This document shows, in pieces, positions 13,126 to 26,731 of a DNA stretch of 64,000 nt; the first letter of the stretch is position 1, and every line of letters starts with the position of its first letter. Origin of the DNA: Octopus vulgaris (lineage: Eukaryota); contig OX597823.1 in NCBI GenBank assembly GCA_951406725.2, forward strand, positions 15,686,001 through 15,750,000. Reading direction: 5' to 3'. A program made the translations under genes and the position numbers. Below the pieces are notes generated by a model that was given only the letters and a program-made list of their open reading frames with translations, did no database searches and was not told the origin of the DNA.

Positions 13126-14366
13126 TTCCATTCCAGCACACGATCTCATATCAGATCACTTGCTATGCAAGTACATCTCCACAATATATATATACACACA
13201 TATATATATATATATATCTGTATCTATCAGACTACCGGATGTTAATTATTACTGGTTACAATGTGCTCCCTTGCAGAGTTGTAGTTTTCAAATGATGCCA
13301 TGCTGATGGCTAAGTGAATAGGCCAACATTACCCCTGAATGGAATGCTAGTTCATTGCAGTGTTGTCAATTCACAGGTGAGTGAACTAGCTCAAGTACAA
13401 TGCATTGCTGGTCTGGAAATCAGAACCACAATCTTGTGTTTATGAGTAAAGCAACCTAACCATTAGACCATGCAACTTCATACACACACATGGCTATATG
13501 GTCAAGAAGTTTGCTTATGAACCACATGGTTTCAGGTTCATTCCTATTGCACGGCACCTTAGCGGGGTGTTTTGTGAGTGGCTTTGGTAGATGGAAATTA
13601 AAAGAAACCCACTGATTGGATATATGTGCACATCTCTTTATTCTTCTTGTACCTTTGACACTGCTTGATGAGCACCACCGCCATACGAGCAGTGTCATTT
13701 GATTTCAATCGTCTGTGAAGACACGTCTAGCTATGGGGAAATATTATCTGGTTTGGAAACAAGTGAGGATTGGTGACTGTACAAAATCTGCCTCGACAGA
13801 TAGATGTCAAACTGATGATGATGATCACTATCATATATCAAATTGACATTTTAGACGCGAAATGACATGATGGTTCAGGTTGGAGAGACTTTGAATAGAG
13901 GTGTGCTCAATCAGAGCGTACCCAGGGCTAATACATCCATACACAATTTACTTTGCTAAGATTAGATTAGCTCCTTTTCATAATTTTGTGTCGGAACATG
14001 GAAATATCATTCGTCTAATTTTATAACCATTGTACGCTATAAAATTAACTACATTATAGACAAAATAGCGTGTTTATTTAATTACAGCCCTTTAAGTCAT
14101 GAATTAAGATCTCAACGAAATCAAGAGTACTAATAAAGTACTGAGGTCTATAAAATCGACTGTTCCCTCCCAGCGTGGATCTTAGATCCATGAAACATAG
14201 GACAGTAGCATAGTGAAGGGAGATAATATAAATTCAATGACTGGCTACCTCGGTAAAGGTTTGCAATACAAAATCAACGAAACGACACACACACACATAT
14301 AACTGCAAGCTCTATTAGCTTGATAATTTAAATTTTATTTAACCAATATGTGAGTTTTATAACAAA

Positions 14367-14640
14367 CTAGCAGTATCGCCCGGCGTTGCTCGGGTTTGTA
14401 AGGGAAATAACTATATAAGCATTTTTAGAGAGTTACTTCCCTTATATAATAGCAAAAAATTGCATTAAAAATGGGAAAAAATTATGGTAAATTTTTTAAA
14501 AAATCGTAGACTCGTAGAATCGATATGAATCACGACTATAAGATAGCCGGTTTTGGTTAAACTGAACCGCAAAATGTGGGAGTAGTTAGGAATCTAAATC
14601 GTAGGAGACAGACACACAACTTCACTTTTATATATAAAGA
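14367..14640 (-). mobile_element. Non-autonomous Helitron (274 bp) in PSMB3 intron 1
   Basis: Minus strand starts TC and ends CTAG, inserted between A and T with no TSD. GC hairpin CCCGAGCAACGCCGGG lies about 10 nt before the 3' end. Confidence 0.85.
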
Positions 14641-15380
14641 TATATAAAAGTGTTTCGACTTGAATGAATAACAATCAATGAGACAAAGCACGTTTTTTGA
14701 ACGCACACATATTATTAATTTTATTAAAATTATTTCAAACGTATTATTTCCTTATTTTTCAAATTCATCTTTGGATACTCCTAAAATTTTAAATCCCAAA
14801 TACAAAGGTACGCAGCTTCTTAACAGACATCTGCATAAGAATAGCAATGTGATACAAAAGAGGTTTTATTTATTGAAGGCCACAAAGGAATTATATTTAT
14901 TAATCATTTAGATTAATTCAGCTCGTTTGTTAAGGTTCAGAATGATTAAAGATCTACTACTACTCATTTTTAAATTGGTTAGTTGATTGTCTTTGAATAC
15001 AATTCCTCTCGGAAACCAATTCTGTTTTCCGAAACAGAAAGAAAACCCGCGTGAGGATTGTTGCTTTAAACTGTTCATTGGTTTCATGTGGAATTTCCTG
15101 GACTATGCTAAAACATCCAAATCGATTCATATATTGATATTAAAATAAAATATACATACATACACGCAAATTTAACATCTAAAATTTAAGAATATATGAA
15201 TAATAATTTGAGTAAACTTCTTAAATCTACACAAATTATACAAAACCAGTTTTAATATAATGACTTAAACAAATATAATTATGAATGATTAGTATTTCAG
15301 TAATCGATTCAAACGATTCAACAATTTGTTATTAGTATTTCTAAAAAAAGATAAAGGTCAAATCTGAGCAATAAACTTAC

Positions 15381-15383
15381 CAT
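15381..15383 (-). CDS. PSMB3: PSMB3 coding exon 1 (initiator ATG only)
   Basis: Minus strand reads CAGAAATATG|GTAAGT, a strong donor directly after ATG. Exon 2 begins in phase 0 with Ser-Ile and lacks Met. PSMB3 genes are known to have an ATG-only first coding exon. Confidence 0.85.
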
Positions 15384-15620
15384 ATTTCTGCTGGAACCAA
15401 AAATTTATTAAAGAAGAGGAAAAAACGACAAAATCGCAATGTAATGCCGCTGCCCACTGTTTCGTGGTTTCATAACACTGAAAAGCGTACAAAGGAAAGA
15501 CAACCGTGCATTCCGTAAGAATTTTCTTTTTCCTTTTTTTAATTTTTAATTTTTAATTTTTACATTTAAAAATTTTCTTTATTGGGTCTAGTAATCGACT
15601 TCAAGGGTTTGGTCAATCAC
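15384..15620 (-). promoter_or_regulatory. Probable 5' UTR and proximal promoter of PSMB3
   Basis: Unique, CpG-retaining sequence immediately upstream of the ATG exon. The TSS cannot be determined from sequence. Confidence 0.5.
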
Positions 15621-15925
15621 ATTGAACCCCAATCCTTATTTCAGTTTGATACTATTTTCTCGATTTTGATTTATCGAACTGTTGAGAGAGAGTCATGATG
15701 CAAAGGGACACAACTTAAGACTAGTTTTGAGACCGGTGTAAGCAAATTCATTATTTCATTTAATTTGCCACAAGGGCAGCACACAGATAGAAGCTTGTGG
15801 GCTGGACATGGACAGGATGAGATGAAATGAAACTAAATGATGCGGATGAGAGGGGATGTCGGCGCCCACCGACCCGGTGTAAACAAATTCATACAACACA
15901 TGCGTGCTCGATGGGCTTCTGCATA

Positions 15926-16187
15926 GTCAGATCTATGATCAAAGGCTTGCAAGCCGTTATTATTTTGCCTTCCGGCTCCCCAAGCAGAAAGGAATTTATT
16001 GCAGGTGATTGAACCCTGATAAAAACGCTGCATCGCGAATTTTTTAACCATAATTAAAAATTATTATGCTGACTTTTGTTTATTTGTACTCTTTGTTATG
16101 GTTTAACTGCAGGTCAGATCTATGATCAAAGGCTTGCAAGCCGTTATTATTTTGCCTTCCGGCTCCCCAAGCAGAAAGGATTTTATT
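15926..16187 (+). repeat. 75-bp direct repeat (15926-16000 and 16113-16187)
   Basis: GTCAGATCTATGATCAAAGGC...GCAGAAAGGA(A/T)TTTATT, one mismatch between copies. Confidence 0.9.
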
Positions 16188-16302
16188 AGAATGAGAGAGT
16201 GTAAATAACTCAACTGCACTAAGAGCATGAATCTGAGTAATTATGATAAAGAATCACCCACTGAATCCTGTACGTAAAAAATAAATAAAATCAAAATAAT
16301 AA

Positions 16303-16780
16303 TATGTACATGTTTTGTCTAGGTTTAAACAGTAGGCTACAGCAAATATTCTGCTCAATGCCGCCGATTTGCTTGTTCATTACTTGAGCTTAATTACTTA
16401 CGAATGTTCCTTAGTGGCTGATGATATGTGCATCTCTGATCACAAGCAGGAGTAGTAGGAGAGCAACATAACCATGTGTTGAGAGGAATTTTTTGGGGTT
16501 TGAATAATTCACCTCTGGAAACAATGTATTTCGTTCATCCTTAAACAAAACTTATTCAGGGATCTTTTACAAGACCTGAAGAAAATTCTAAATGGGCCTC
16601 ACATGCAAGATCATGTGCTGCTTAGTTTGGTCACCATGTTGCGCACATGGTTGTGATACATGAGCCTAGTGTACCCTTATCAGGCGGGTAGTCATGATGG
16701 GTATCAGGCTTCACATATTTGTATCCCAGCATCACTTTGATGGCATGAGCTGGTCTCGCTCAATGATAATAATAATAATA
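16303..16780 (+). mobile_element. Unclassified non-LTR/SINE-like repeat with (ATA)n tail
   Basis: Homologous in inverted orientation to the fuller copy at 43845-44400. Confidence 0.7.
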
Positions 16781-19308
16781 ATCCTTTCTTATTCTGGCAC
16801 AAGGCCAACAAATTTGATGTGTGGGGAAGAAAATTACATCAACCCAGAGCTCAACTGGTACTTATTTTATGCTTCCCAAAAGGATGAACGGCAAAGTTGA
16901 CCTCAGTGGCATTTGAACGCATTGAAATCTCCTTTGCAGAAAGAAAACAAAAAGCTAGCAATATCAAGGTAACTTACATACTTAAGGAAAGGATGGTGTG
17001 CTTTTTTGTTTAAAGGCAAGGGACAACTATGGACATGTTTCTTTGTCAAAGACCTCATCACCACTTATTTCTGCACTCCTCCAGACCAAATCATATTTTT
17101 TTCTGTCTAATTCACCTCTCTCTTCTTTTACTTCCTCTCTCGATTGTCCATAAGATTAATTGAATAAATCATTAAGAAATACAATTTAATTTGTTTTGAT
17201 GAGAATATTCCCTCTCCTATATGTTTGTCCAAAGAAGAGAGAAGTGACTATGACATTTGCAGACTGTCCTTGATTTAATAGAGGTATTTTGTCTAATACT
17301 CAGCTTGAACATCAGTAAGAAATGACATGAGTGGCTGGAAACTTAGACTTTGATTCAGATGGTTGTGACAGAGTGAACTCCATTAAAGGCATCGAAGGAC
17401 TGAATGGTAGTGTTTTATGCCTACCATCCTCAAAGAAAAAAAAATGAAAAGAGAATTGATTCCTCATTGATGTACTTCATACTGCTTAGTCCTTAAATCT
17501 ACAATTTCTTGCAGTCACTGTGTAAAATACCTCCTGTGTTTAGAAAAGCCTTTATGAGCCAATGTTTAGCTATAGTGTTATGTGCTGAGTAGATGAGAAA
17601 TAATTCCCTCCCTGTACAGGATATTAATCTACCCTAGGTAACACTCCCCAATAACTTAGTGTTAAGGTGAACCGAGTCTATATAGCATAGAGAGTTTTAG
17701 TAAAGGAAAAAAAATGGAAGCGTATGTAGAGGATTTGAACTGATGGTCTATGTGTGAGTAGCCTAATGCTTTCCTTGTTTTATCTCAATTTGGAGAAGAA
17801 CAGACTTTGACTGGTTAACATATTTGACATATTTTATGAAAATAAACTTTCTCTCATGATTCAATAAATCATTTAAATTATGAATTTGAATGGGTAGTAT
17901 TTAAATGATGTAAGTCATAATTAGATTCATAGTGTTATTTCTTCATAAATATCAAACAGAAGTAAGAGAACTTCCTATATATAATAGCCTGTCCTGCTAC
18001 TGTTAAGTGTCTGAAGAATTACTTTGTGGGAGGAAGAAGTTAATTCTTAATGACAGGTTTTCTGTAACTGGTATTGCAGTCACCCACAAAGTAATTAGAT
18101 CCTCCTCCTCCCCTCATCATCCTCTCCTCACTTCTCCCTCCCTCCCTCCTCACCACTACCACCACCACCATCATCATCATTTAATGTCTGTTTTCCATGC
18201 TGGCATGGAGTGGATAGTTTGACAGGGTCTGATGAGCCACAGAGCTGTAATGCGCGCCATGTCAGTTTTGGCAAGGATGTTCTTCCTAATACTAAGCACT
18301 TTACAGGTGCTTTGTTCATGCTACCAGTATTAGTGAGGTTGCCATGTAACTTGCAAGATGGGAAAAATCAAAAAAAGGGAAAAGCCCTTTTGACTTAGTG
18401 AGGGAGTATTTGAGAGGGTGGAGAGGAGATTTTATGTCAGGGACAAGCAGAAGTATCTTGCTATGGAGAAGATACATGGTTACTCCACGTTTGTATAAGG
18501 CTTGGTGGAAGTATCTGGGAAAAAGATTGTTTCTCTTTTCAGTCTCAACTTAGTGTTTATAAAGTGTAATTTTGGTCTGGTTCTATGCCCTACTGGTATC
18601 ATGTTTTATGGTTAGATAGTTAGTGGCTGAACTAGTCAACTCCACCCATTTTTACTGCATGAGAAATGTCTGTAGAACCTAGCTATAATAAAAAATATAG
18701 CCTACCAAACAGAGCTTCTCATGAACCTATGTGTAAAGGAGATAAGCCCCACCAAGTTATTTGCTTCTTGAAATGCAGTATGATACTATAGGGGATTAAT
18801 TTTGCCTGGTTGGCTGATCAGCAGGAAATATAGAAAAAGGAGGTAATGTAGTTTCTCTTGCTGTGTATACAGGGTTTCTATAAACAATGCATTTTGATTG
18901 ATCGTTGGATATCTAGAATCAATTGATTTAGAGTTAAGATAGCAGGGATGGGGATCATCTTAAGTTATAAGTACAAGATCAATGCTATAAGATTGACCAG
19001 ACTCTTGCAAGTTCAGTTTCTCTTACGAATATGGCTCTACTGAACTGATTTTTTCCCCTAAATATACATCGTAAAAAGATGGGGTTTTTAGCAGTGATCC
19101 CTATAATGGATCGTGGAAATTACAGTTACAGCATGTCAATACTGCTTTTGTTTCATACAGTGAACTTCCTTTCGTTTGGAAGAAGTGGGAGAGGGTAACT
19201 AAAATATCAACCTTAAGTTTTATTAAGTGAAAAAAAAAAAAAAAAGAAATAGAATTATCATGTGAACTCTACTGACAATCTTGAATAGATAATCAATATT
19301 TGATTCCT

Positions 19309-19840
19309 GGATCTTTTCCTTTTGAACTGGTACAATGTGTTTATAAAACATCATTTTCTCTTGGCTTTATTGAGAAAATTCTATGGTTTGTAAGATATTT
19401 CGTCTGAAATTTTGAGCATTTCGGCAATTTTAACCAATCGATTACCTCCATTGAGCTAAAATCATTTGCTGCATCTAAAACTGAGACAACATCCTGTTAC
19501 TAACCCTAAACCTCCCCCTAACCCTAACCCTAACCCTAAATTTTTTTTTTCTTAATTGTTAAATTAATTTAACAATTAAGGAAAAAAAAAGTTAGGGGAG
19601 GTTTAGGGTTAGTGACAGGATGTTGTCTCAGTTTTAGATGCAGCAAATCATTTTAGCTCAATTAGAGGCGATTCATTGGTTAAAATTCGAAAAATTAAAC
19701 TATGTTAAACAAACGAATTACAATTTTATCAAGAAAGCCAAGAGAAAGAAATGTTTTATTTTGACACATTCTACCAGTATACAAAGTTTTAAAGTGTTTA
19801 GTTAACTAGAAATTGTGTGCCGTTCAAAAGGAAAAGATCC
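19309..19840. mobile_element. Palindromic MITE, probably Merlin superfamily, with internal telomeric repeats
   Basis: TIR GGATCTTTTCCTTTTGAAC/GTTCAAAAGGAAAAGATCC. 8-bp TSD TGATTCCT/TGATTCCC. (CCCTAA)n at ~19500-19540 and TTAGGG units at ~19590-19612. Confidence 0.8.
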
Positions 19841-20732
19841 TGATTCCCTTCTAATCAAAGGGTTAGTTAGAGGATAAAGGCAGTACACATAATATTTTAC
19901 AGGGTATTGAGATTGGTGAGACGAAGGGAGGACTTCTAGTTTTCATTGTTGTCTTCGTTTACTTAACTTATATGTATGCCTTCTGTCTCTTCTTTTAATC
20001 TTTAATTGGTGAGTTATAGGACATTTTGAGCACTGTATGCAATAAGCTCATTATTGTTATTAACAGCAGAGTGAAATCTGTTAAAGGCACATAAAATGCA
20101 AGGGGTGTGAAATAGGACGACGGATTAAGTCTACCGTCCACTTAATTAGCTTCAATAACTTCTGAAGGACGTGATTTGATGTCTAAACAATTAATCAAAC
20201 AAATGTAGTTACAAGCAGTGGCATCTAATTTTAGAGGTGATAAAATAAACTTGGCAAAATAACCAGTATTTTGTTGGGAAAATGAATATACAGAGTTACC
20301 TCCCCTGCACTTTTATTGAAACTTTTCACCAATTTTCCTGACTACATTTACATTTTAAAAATTTAAAAAAAAACACACCCCTTCTTTTAACGTTTGCTTA
20401 CACGTGGTAGAAGTGGCGGAAAGATTATACAACTTTTCTTAATCTAAAGTTAATCGCCCTTTCCACAAACACACACACACACACATGCCCCTATGCAATT
20501 TCTTGGTAATTTTATTGACAATAGTAACAAGTCAAGGAGGGAGCTACAATGTAGTCACTTGACCTACCAGAAATAGCTGCCTTCTTTTACTCAGATCATT
20601 CCTTGTCATCACAATAAAAAAGGACACATAGGGTGATGAACTCTTAAAAACACACTGGACGAGACAGCCATCTGACTATCTGACATGAAGTTGCTTATTG
20701 TACACTCTAGTCTCTGCTCCATCTATGCAAAT

Positions 20733-20989
20733 GTGGAGGCGTGTGGTTTAGTGGTTAAGGTGTTGGATTCACGACTGTAAGATAGTGGTTTCAATCCCTG
20801 GACTGAGCAATCCATTGTGTTCTTGAGCTAAACACCTCATTTCACATTGCTCCAGTCCACTCAGCTGGCAAAAGTGAGTAATCTTGTGAGGGACTGGCAT
20901 CCTATCCAGGTGGGGAATATATATGCCATGAAACTGGGAAACCAGCCCTGATGAATCAGTATGACTCGAGAAGGTACCTTTACATTTAC
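20733..20989 (+). mobile_element. tRNA-derived SINE (CORE-like middle, V-like 3' domain)
   Basis: A box TGGTTTAGTGG, B-box-like GGTTTCAATCCC, near-TSD CTATGCAAAT/CTAAGCAAAT. Confidence 0.75.
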
Positions 20990-21245
20990 CTAAGCAAATC
21001 TTTTTCTCACTCTCTCCATTTTCCTGTACTGTTACTGTGGCCTCTGTTCCTTGTAGCTAGCTGCTTGGGTGCCACCACCACACAGGTAGTAGCAAGAGCT
21101 GGCAATCCCCAACCTCCTTTGCATAGCACTGTTGTATTTGCTTCAGTTCAACATAGCATGCTACCATCATCAAGGCATCTTAAACTGCTCTCTGCTGCAA
21201 TGGAGAAATAATACCTGCTACACAAGATCTTGATTAATGAGTGAT

Positions 21246-21559
21246 TGTTGTTGTTGTTGTTTGTTCCTTCTCGAGCCATGCCTAGCTCATAGGGCCGGTT
21301 TCCCGGTTTCCTTGGCGTATAGGTTCCCCACCTGGACGGGACGTCGGTCCATCGCAGGTGAGCTGCAAGATGCAGGAGGAAAGAGTGAGAGAAAGTTGTG
21401 GCGAAAGAGTCAGCAGAAGTTCGCTATTACCTTCTGCTGGAGCCGTGTGGAGCTTAGGTGTTTCGCTCATAAACACACACACTGCCCGGTCTGAGATTCG
21501 AACCCATGATCCCTCGACCGCAAGTCCGCTGCTCTAACCACTAGGCCACGTGCCTCCAC
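21246..21559 (-). mobile_element. Full-length tRNA-derived SINE with (CAA)n tail
   Basis: A box TGGCCTAGTGG and B box GGTTCGAATCT. 10-bp TSD AATGAGTGAT at 21236-21245 and 21560-21569. Confidence 0.9.
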
Positions 21560-22059
21560 AATGAGTGATAAATAAGATTGCAAGAACACCTCTACTTATC
21601 AGGAAGAACAAAAGGCAAAGCTAACTTTGGTGGGATTTGAAATTACAATGCAAAGAGGCCTTACTAAGAACTGTAAGACATTTTCTCTGGGACTCTACAA
21701 GTTCTATGAGTCCACCAACTTCTGATCATTGTATAACTGACAAATATTTTGTTAGCTTGTAGTGAATATAATGGTTTTAATATGAGACTCACAGAAAAGG
21801 ACTGGCTTCACTAGGTTCCATCAGGTTCAACATGAATTCACCTACCCCTAAATTGGGTCCCTTGTCTTACATACACATGAAGGTAAAATCTTCAAAGATG
21901 TTTCAACATTTCAGTAAATTATATAATATAATGAACTTATTGTATACAGTGCTCGGGTGCACTACAACACATCAGAAAAAAAGTAGGGACTTAACACTGC
22001 CAGAAAATGTGAGAAAGGAAACTATGTAGAACCTGTAAATGGTTCATGAATATAATATT

Positions 22060-22268
22060 GATGATGATGATGACGATGATGATGAAAATGATGACAACAA
22101 GAATAAGGATGGTGATGACAATGACGACAATGATTAAAATGGTGATGATGATGATGACAGCGATGATGATAGCAACGACAAGGAAGACTGCAATGACGAT
22201 GATGACAGCAATGACAATGGTGGCAACAACGACAATGATGACATTAACATCAGTGATGATGATGATGG

Positions 22269-22301
<33 letters not shown>

Positions 22302-22445
22302 CGATGATGACGATGACGATGTTGATGATGATGACGATGTTGATGATGATGATGACGACGACGACGACAATGGCGACGACGACGACGACGATGATAATGT
22401 TGATGATGATGATGATGATGATGATGATGTTGATGATGACAATGT
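22060..22445 (+). repeat. Degenerate (GAT/GAC)n microsatellite
   Basis: Seen directly in the sequence. It explains the poly-Met and poly-Ser ORFs. Confidence 0.95.
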
Positions 22446-22811
22446 AAATGTAGGATAGTATGTCAGTAGTTCAGGAAGAGAATAATCTGTTCTTTTCATT
22501 CTTTCTTTCTAAATTTGTCTTTCATCATTCTTAAGGTCAAAGTTCAACAGTTGCTGCTTTCACCGGGTCTGCGGCTGCTGTTTGATGCCTCTGTTACAGT
22601 GCAATGCTCTATAGGGATGTAGTCCACATAGCAATGTAGTGGGATGTGTTATGTAATGGTATAGAAGGGGAGCAATATATAGTGCAGTGTGTGGATTGGG
22701 CATAGTGTACAAATGGAGGAGAGCACAGTGTATGGCAGGATATCAGGGTGGGTGGGTGGTTACAGGGCGGTATACAAATGATGTGTTGAACAATGTATAT
22801 GTGAAATGAAG

Positions 22812-22854
<43 letters not shown>

Positions 22855-23524
22855 GTTTAAACGTCCGCTTTCCATGCTAGCATGGGTTGGACGGTTCAAC
22901 TGGGGTCTGGGAAATTCTTGGGGTTAATGAGGACTTGTTAGACATAAGTAAAATCATATGAAAAACGTGTTTCTTCAATAACCCTTTTGAATTCAAAGAA
23001 TTTATGATTTTTTTTCCCTTTCAAATCAAGGAGGTGACATTGGCATAAACAAATATACTTTGGGGTAATTGGTTAAAGAAGTTCCCCGGCCCCTGTTGTA
23101 CAGTGTGCAAGTAGTGTGTAGTACAGTATATAAAAGAAACGTGGAGAAGTGTATGAGTGATGTGAAGGGCAAGGTACAAGTGAAGTGTAGTGCAGTGTAT
23201 AAGTGAGGTGTAATACAATGTATCAAGAAAGTGTAGGACAGTGTACAAGTGAGATATAGGACAGTGTACAAGTGTAGTGAAGTGTAGGACAGTGTACAAG
23301 TGAGGTGCAGTGGAGTGTATGAGGAAACAGTATGACTTTGTATGGCGGAAGTTATCTTATACTGTTATTGTTGATTTCACTCATTTACTCAATATAAACC
23401 CTTTGCTGTTTTCCACTTGTACCATTTATTTTACCTTTGTGCTTATGCCCAAAATCTTGGATCCTTGTGGACATTAAAAAAATCATCCTCATCATTTATG
23501 TATGTATGTGTGTATGTATGTATG

Positions 23525-24903
23525 CATTGCATTCAGAAACTGCAGATATGGTGTTTACATCCATTGTCGAACCTCTGGCAGCATATTTAATATCAGGTGC
23601 TTTGCCTCAAAAACAAAGGTATCTACCTCTATCATAAGAGACCTTTTGTATGCAGATGATTGTGAGCTAGTAGCGCACACAGAGATTGATATGCAACACA
23701 TTTTGAATGCATTCTCTGATGCTTGCACTGCCTTAGGATTGACAGTCAATCTCAAGAAAACTGTTGTCATGTACCAACCTGCCCCTGGTAAGCAGTATAG
23801 TGTACCAAATATCTTTGTGTATGGTAAACGACTTGATGTAGTTGATCAGTTTGTCTACCTGGAAGCACTATTAATAGATATAGCAATTTGGATGATGGAA
23901 TTCCATATAGAATTAAGAAAACAAGTGTTGCTTTCGGAAGGCTAGAAAGGCACCTCTGGAGTCGGTGAGACATATGCAGAAAGACAAAGATAAAGGTGTA
24001 CAAGGCATGTGTGCTCCCTTCTCTTCTCTATGCCTGCGAGACATGGGTCACATATCGATACCACCTTAAACAACTGGAACATTTCCATCAGATGTGTCTC
24101 AGACAGATCTATGGCATTAAGTGGGAGGACCGCATCAGTGATCTTGAAATATTGGAAGGCTCTTGGTGCGAAAGTATAGAAGCTCTTGTGTTAAAGCAAA
24201 GGCTCAGATGGAGTGGTCATCTGGTCAGAATGGAGGATTCAAGGATGCCAATACAACTCTTTTATGGAAAGTTAGCTAAAGGAGAACGACCTCCACATAA
24301 ACCAAAAAAGAGGTATAAGGACTTGCTGAAGGCTTCCTTAAGAGATGCTTGCATCTCTCCTGACACATGGGAGAGCATAGCTATTGATCGTAGCAGGTGG
24401 AGAAGGATTGTGCATGAGGGGACAGCTACTTTTGAGAAATTTCGAGTTGCACATGAGTAAGGAGAGATGTCAGGAAGGGCATCACTGTTACACTTCCCGA
24501 TGGGAAGGGTCTTCCTATGATGCTGACATGCAGTGTCTGTGCAAGACCCTGCCTCAGTAAAGCTGGACTCATGAGTCATCTTCATAGTCATAAAGCGAGG
24601 CAGATGAGTGACAACCTGGCCTCTGGTGGTGGTGTTACACACCATACTAATCATATCTGTCAGGCATGTGGAAGAGAGTGTAATTCAGCAGGAGGACTTT
24701 AACGACATGCAAAGGTACATGAAGCCCAGTTACAACTACAGCCGGCTATTACCGGTAAAGGTTTTAGCTGCCAATTCTGTACAAGACATTGTAGATCTTT
24801 AGCTGGACTAAAAGGCCACATTCGATCACAGCACCAATAAAAGTTAAGCTTTGTGCAATGGCCATACTCTATAACGAGGGGGCAGCCATCATGTATGTAT
24901 GTA
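23525..24903 (+). mobile_element. 5'-truncated RTE (BovB-like) LINE with C-terminal C2H2 fingers, embedded in (TATG)n
   Basis: IRDLLYADDC, NLKKTVVMYQP, YKACVLPSLLYACETW, RLRWSGHLVRMEDSRMP, with frameshifts and stops. Confidence 0.92.
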
Positions 24904-24904
24904 C

Positions 24905-25695
24905 ATCATCATCATCATCGTTTAGCGTCCATTTTCCATGCTAGCATGGGTTGGACAGTTCAACTGGGGTCTGGGAAGCCAGAAGGCTGTACCAGGCCCA
25001 GTCTGATCTGGCAATGTTTCTATGGCTGGATACCCTTCCTAATGCCAACCACTCCGTGAGTGTAGTGGGTGCTTTTTACACGCCACCGACACAGGTGCCA
25101 GACGAGGCTGGCAAACGGCCACGATCGGACGGTGCTTTTTACGTGCCACCGGCATGGGGGCCAGGCAAGGCTGGCAACGGCCACGAACGGATGGTGCTTT
25201 TTACGTGCCACCGGCACAAGACCAATTGGGGCGGCGCTGGCAATGGCCACGTTCGGATGGTTCTCTTACGTGCCACCGGCACTGGTATCACAGCTGCAAT
25301 TTCCATTAATGTCGATCGATTTCGATTCTCACTTGCCTCAACAGGTCTTCACAAGTAGAGTTTTGTGTCCCCAGAAGGAAAGGTATGCATAAGTGGACTG
25401 GCACAACCCGGGTTATGGTCTCACTTGTCCTGCCGGGTCTTCTCACGCACAGCACACTTCCAAAGGTCTCGGTCTCTAGTCATTTCCTCTGTGAGACCTA
25501 AAGTTCGAAGGATGTGCTTCACCACCTCGTCCCAGGTTTTCCTGGGTCTGCCTCTTCCACAGGTTCCCTCAACTGCTAGGGTATGGCACTTTTTCACACA
25601 ACTATCTTCATCCATTCTCGCCACATGACCATACCAGCGCAAACGTCTCTCTTGCACACCACAACTGATGCTTCTTAGGTCCAGCTTTTCTCTCT
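24905..25695 (-). mobile_element. RTE LINE 3' end (RT C-terminus plus 3' UTR)
   Basis: RRLRWYGHVARMDEDSCVKKC...GRGRPRKTWDEVV, followed by a (GAT)n tail. Confidence 0.9.
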
Positions 25696-25697
25696 AC

Positions 25698-25757
<60 letters not shown>

Positions 25758-26671
25758 ATTAGGATTAAGCAACAAGTTGCTTAACCACATACCGAAAATT
25801 TAGAAATAGCAGCCAAAGACCGCTTATTTCTTTTTACTACAGATATTACTCCACAGATAACATTACTCGTAACTCACATAGGCAAAAGAAGAAAAATAAT
25901 GAAATCAAACAGTCTTCGATTAATTGTGGATGTGTTTCTGGGTTAGAATTATACAAAATTCAGTCCTGTCCTCAGCACAATAATTTAATAATTTATAAAT
26001 CTGCAAATGCTATGAACCTACCCTTTGCATCCCGATCCAGTGTCATTGGAAATAACAGAAGATAGTCAGCACATCGAAATCCATATAGACGAAGGAATTT
26101 GTATTTTCCCTCCAAGATTACCATGTGTGTCACACATATATATATATATAAGTCCACTCTGCTGGGTGGTTGATGAAGGAAGGGAATCCAGCTGTAAAAA
26201 TCCTGCCAAAACAGTCACAGAAGTCTGGTGCAGGTTTCTGCCTGGCCAGCTCCTGTCAAACTGTCCCACCCATGCCAACATGTAAGGCGGACATTAAACG
26301 ATGATGATGAACGATGAATGTGTGTGTGTGCGTGCATGCGTGCATGCATGTGTGTGTGTGTGTGTGTGTACATATATACATAAAAAAAGATTAGAGATCT
26401 ATAAAAATCAAATTTTTGTATATAACAGATGGAGGTGGAAATAGCACAGAAGTAAGTCTAAAACATTTCAATTTAACAAGGGATTTAATAAAAATAATTT
26501 TTCAAATTATATAAAAAAAATATTATCGGTTTCGATGATGAAGCTCATCTTATCGAACATCAGTAAATATTTATAAAAATTTGAACTAAAAACAGTTTAT
26601 CCTCTGCCTGGGGTCAAGAACATGTGTATATATATATATATATATATACACATACATACATACATATGCAT

Positions 26672-26731
<60 letters not shown>

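Noticed and set aside
19500-19612. Interstitial telomere or chromosome fusion scar
   Set aside because: The repeats lie inside a TIR/TSD-bounded MITE, and the orientation (CCCTAA then TTAGGG) is opposite to an end-to-end fusion.
20945-20975. CTGATGA in a SINE tail
   Set aside because: No GAAA partner; part of the SINE 3' domain.
21470-21559. tRNA-like sequence
   Set aside because: It is a SINE head continuing into body and tail with a TSD, not a tRNA gene.
26516-26573. Hammerhead-like CUGAUGU...CGAAACCGAUA beside a microsatellite
   Set aside because: A9 and the 16.2 pair are mutated and stem I is out of register; at best a dead relic.
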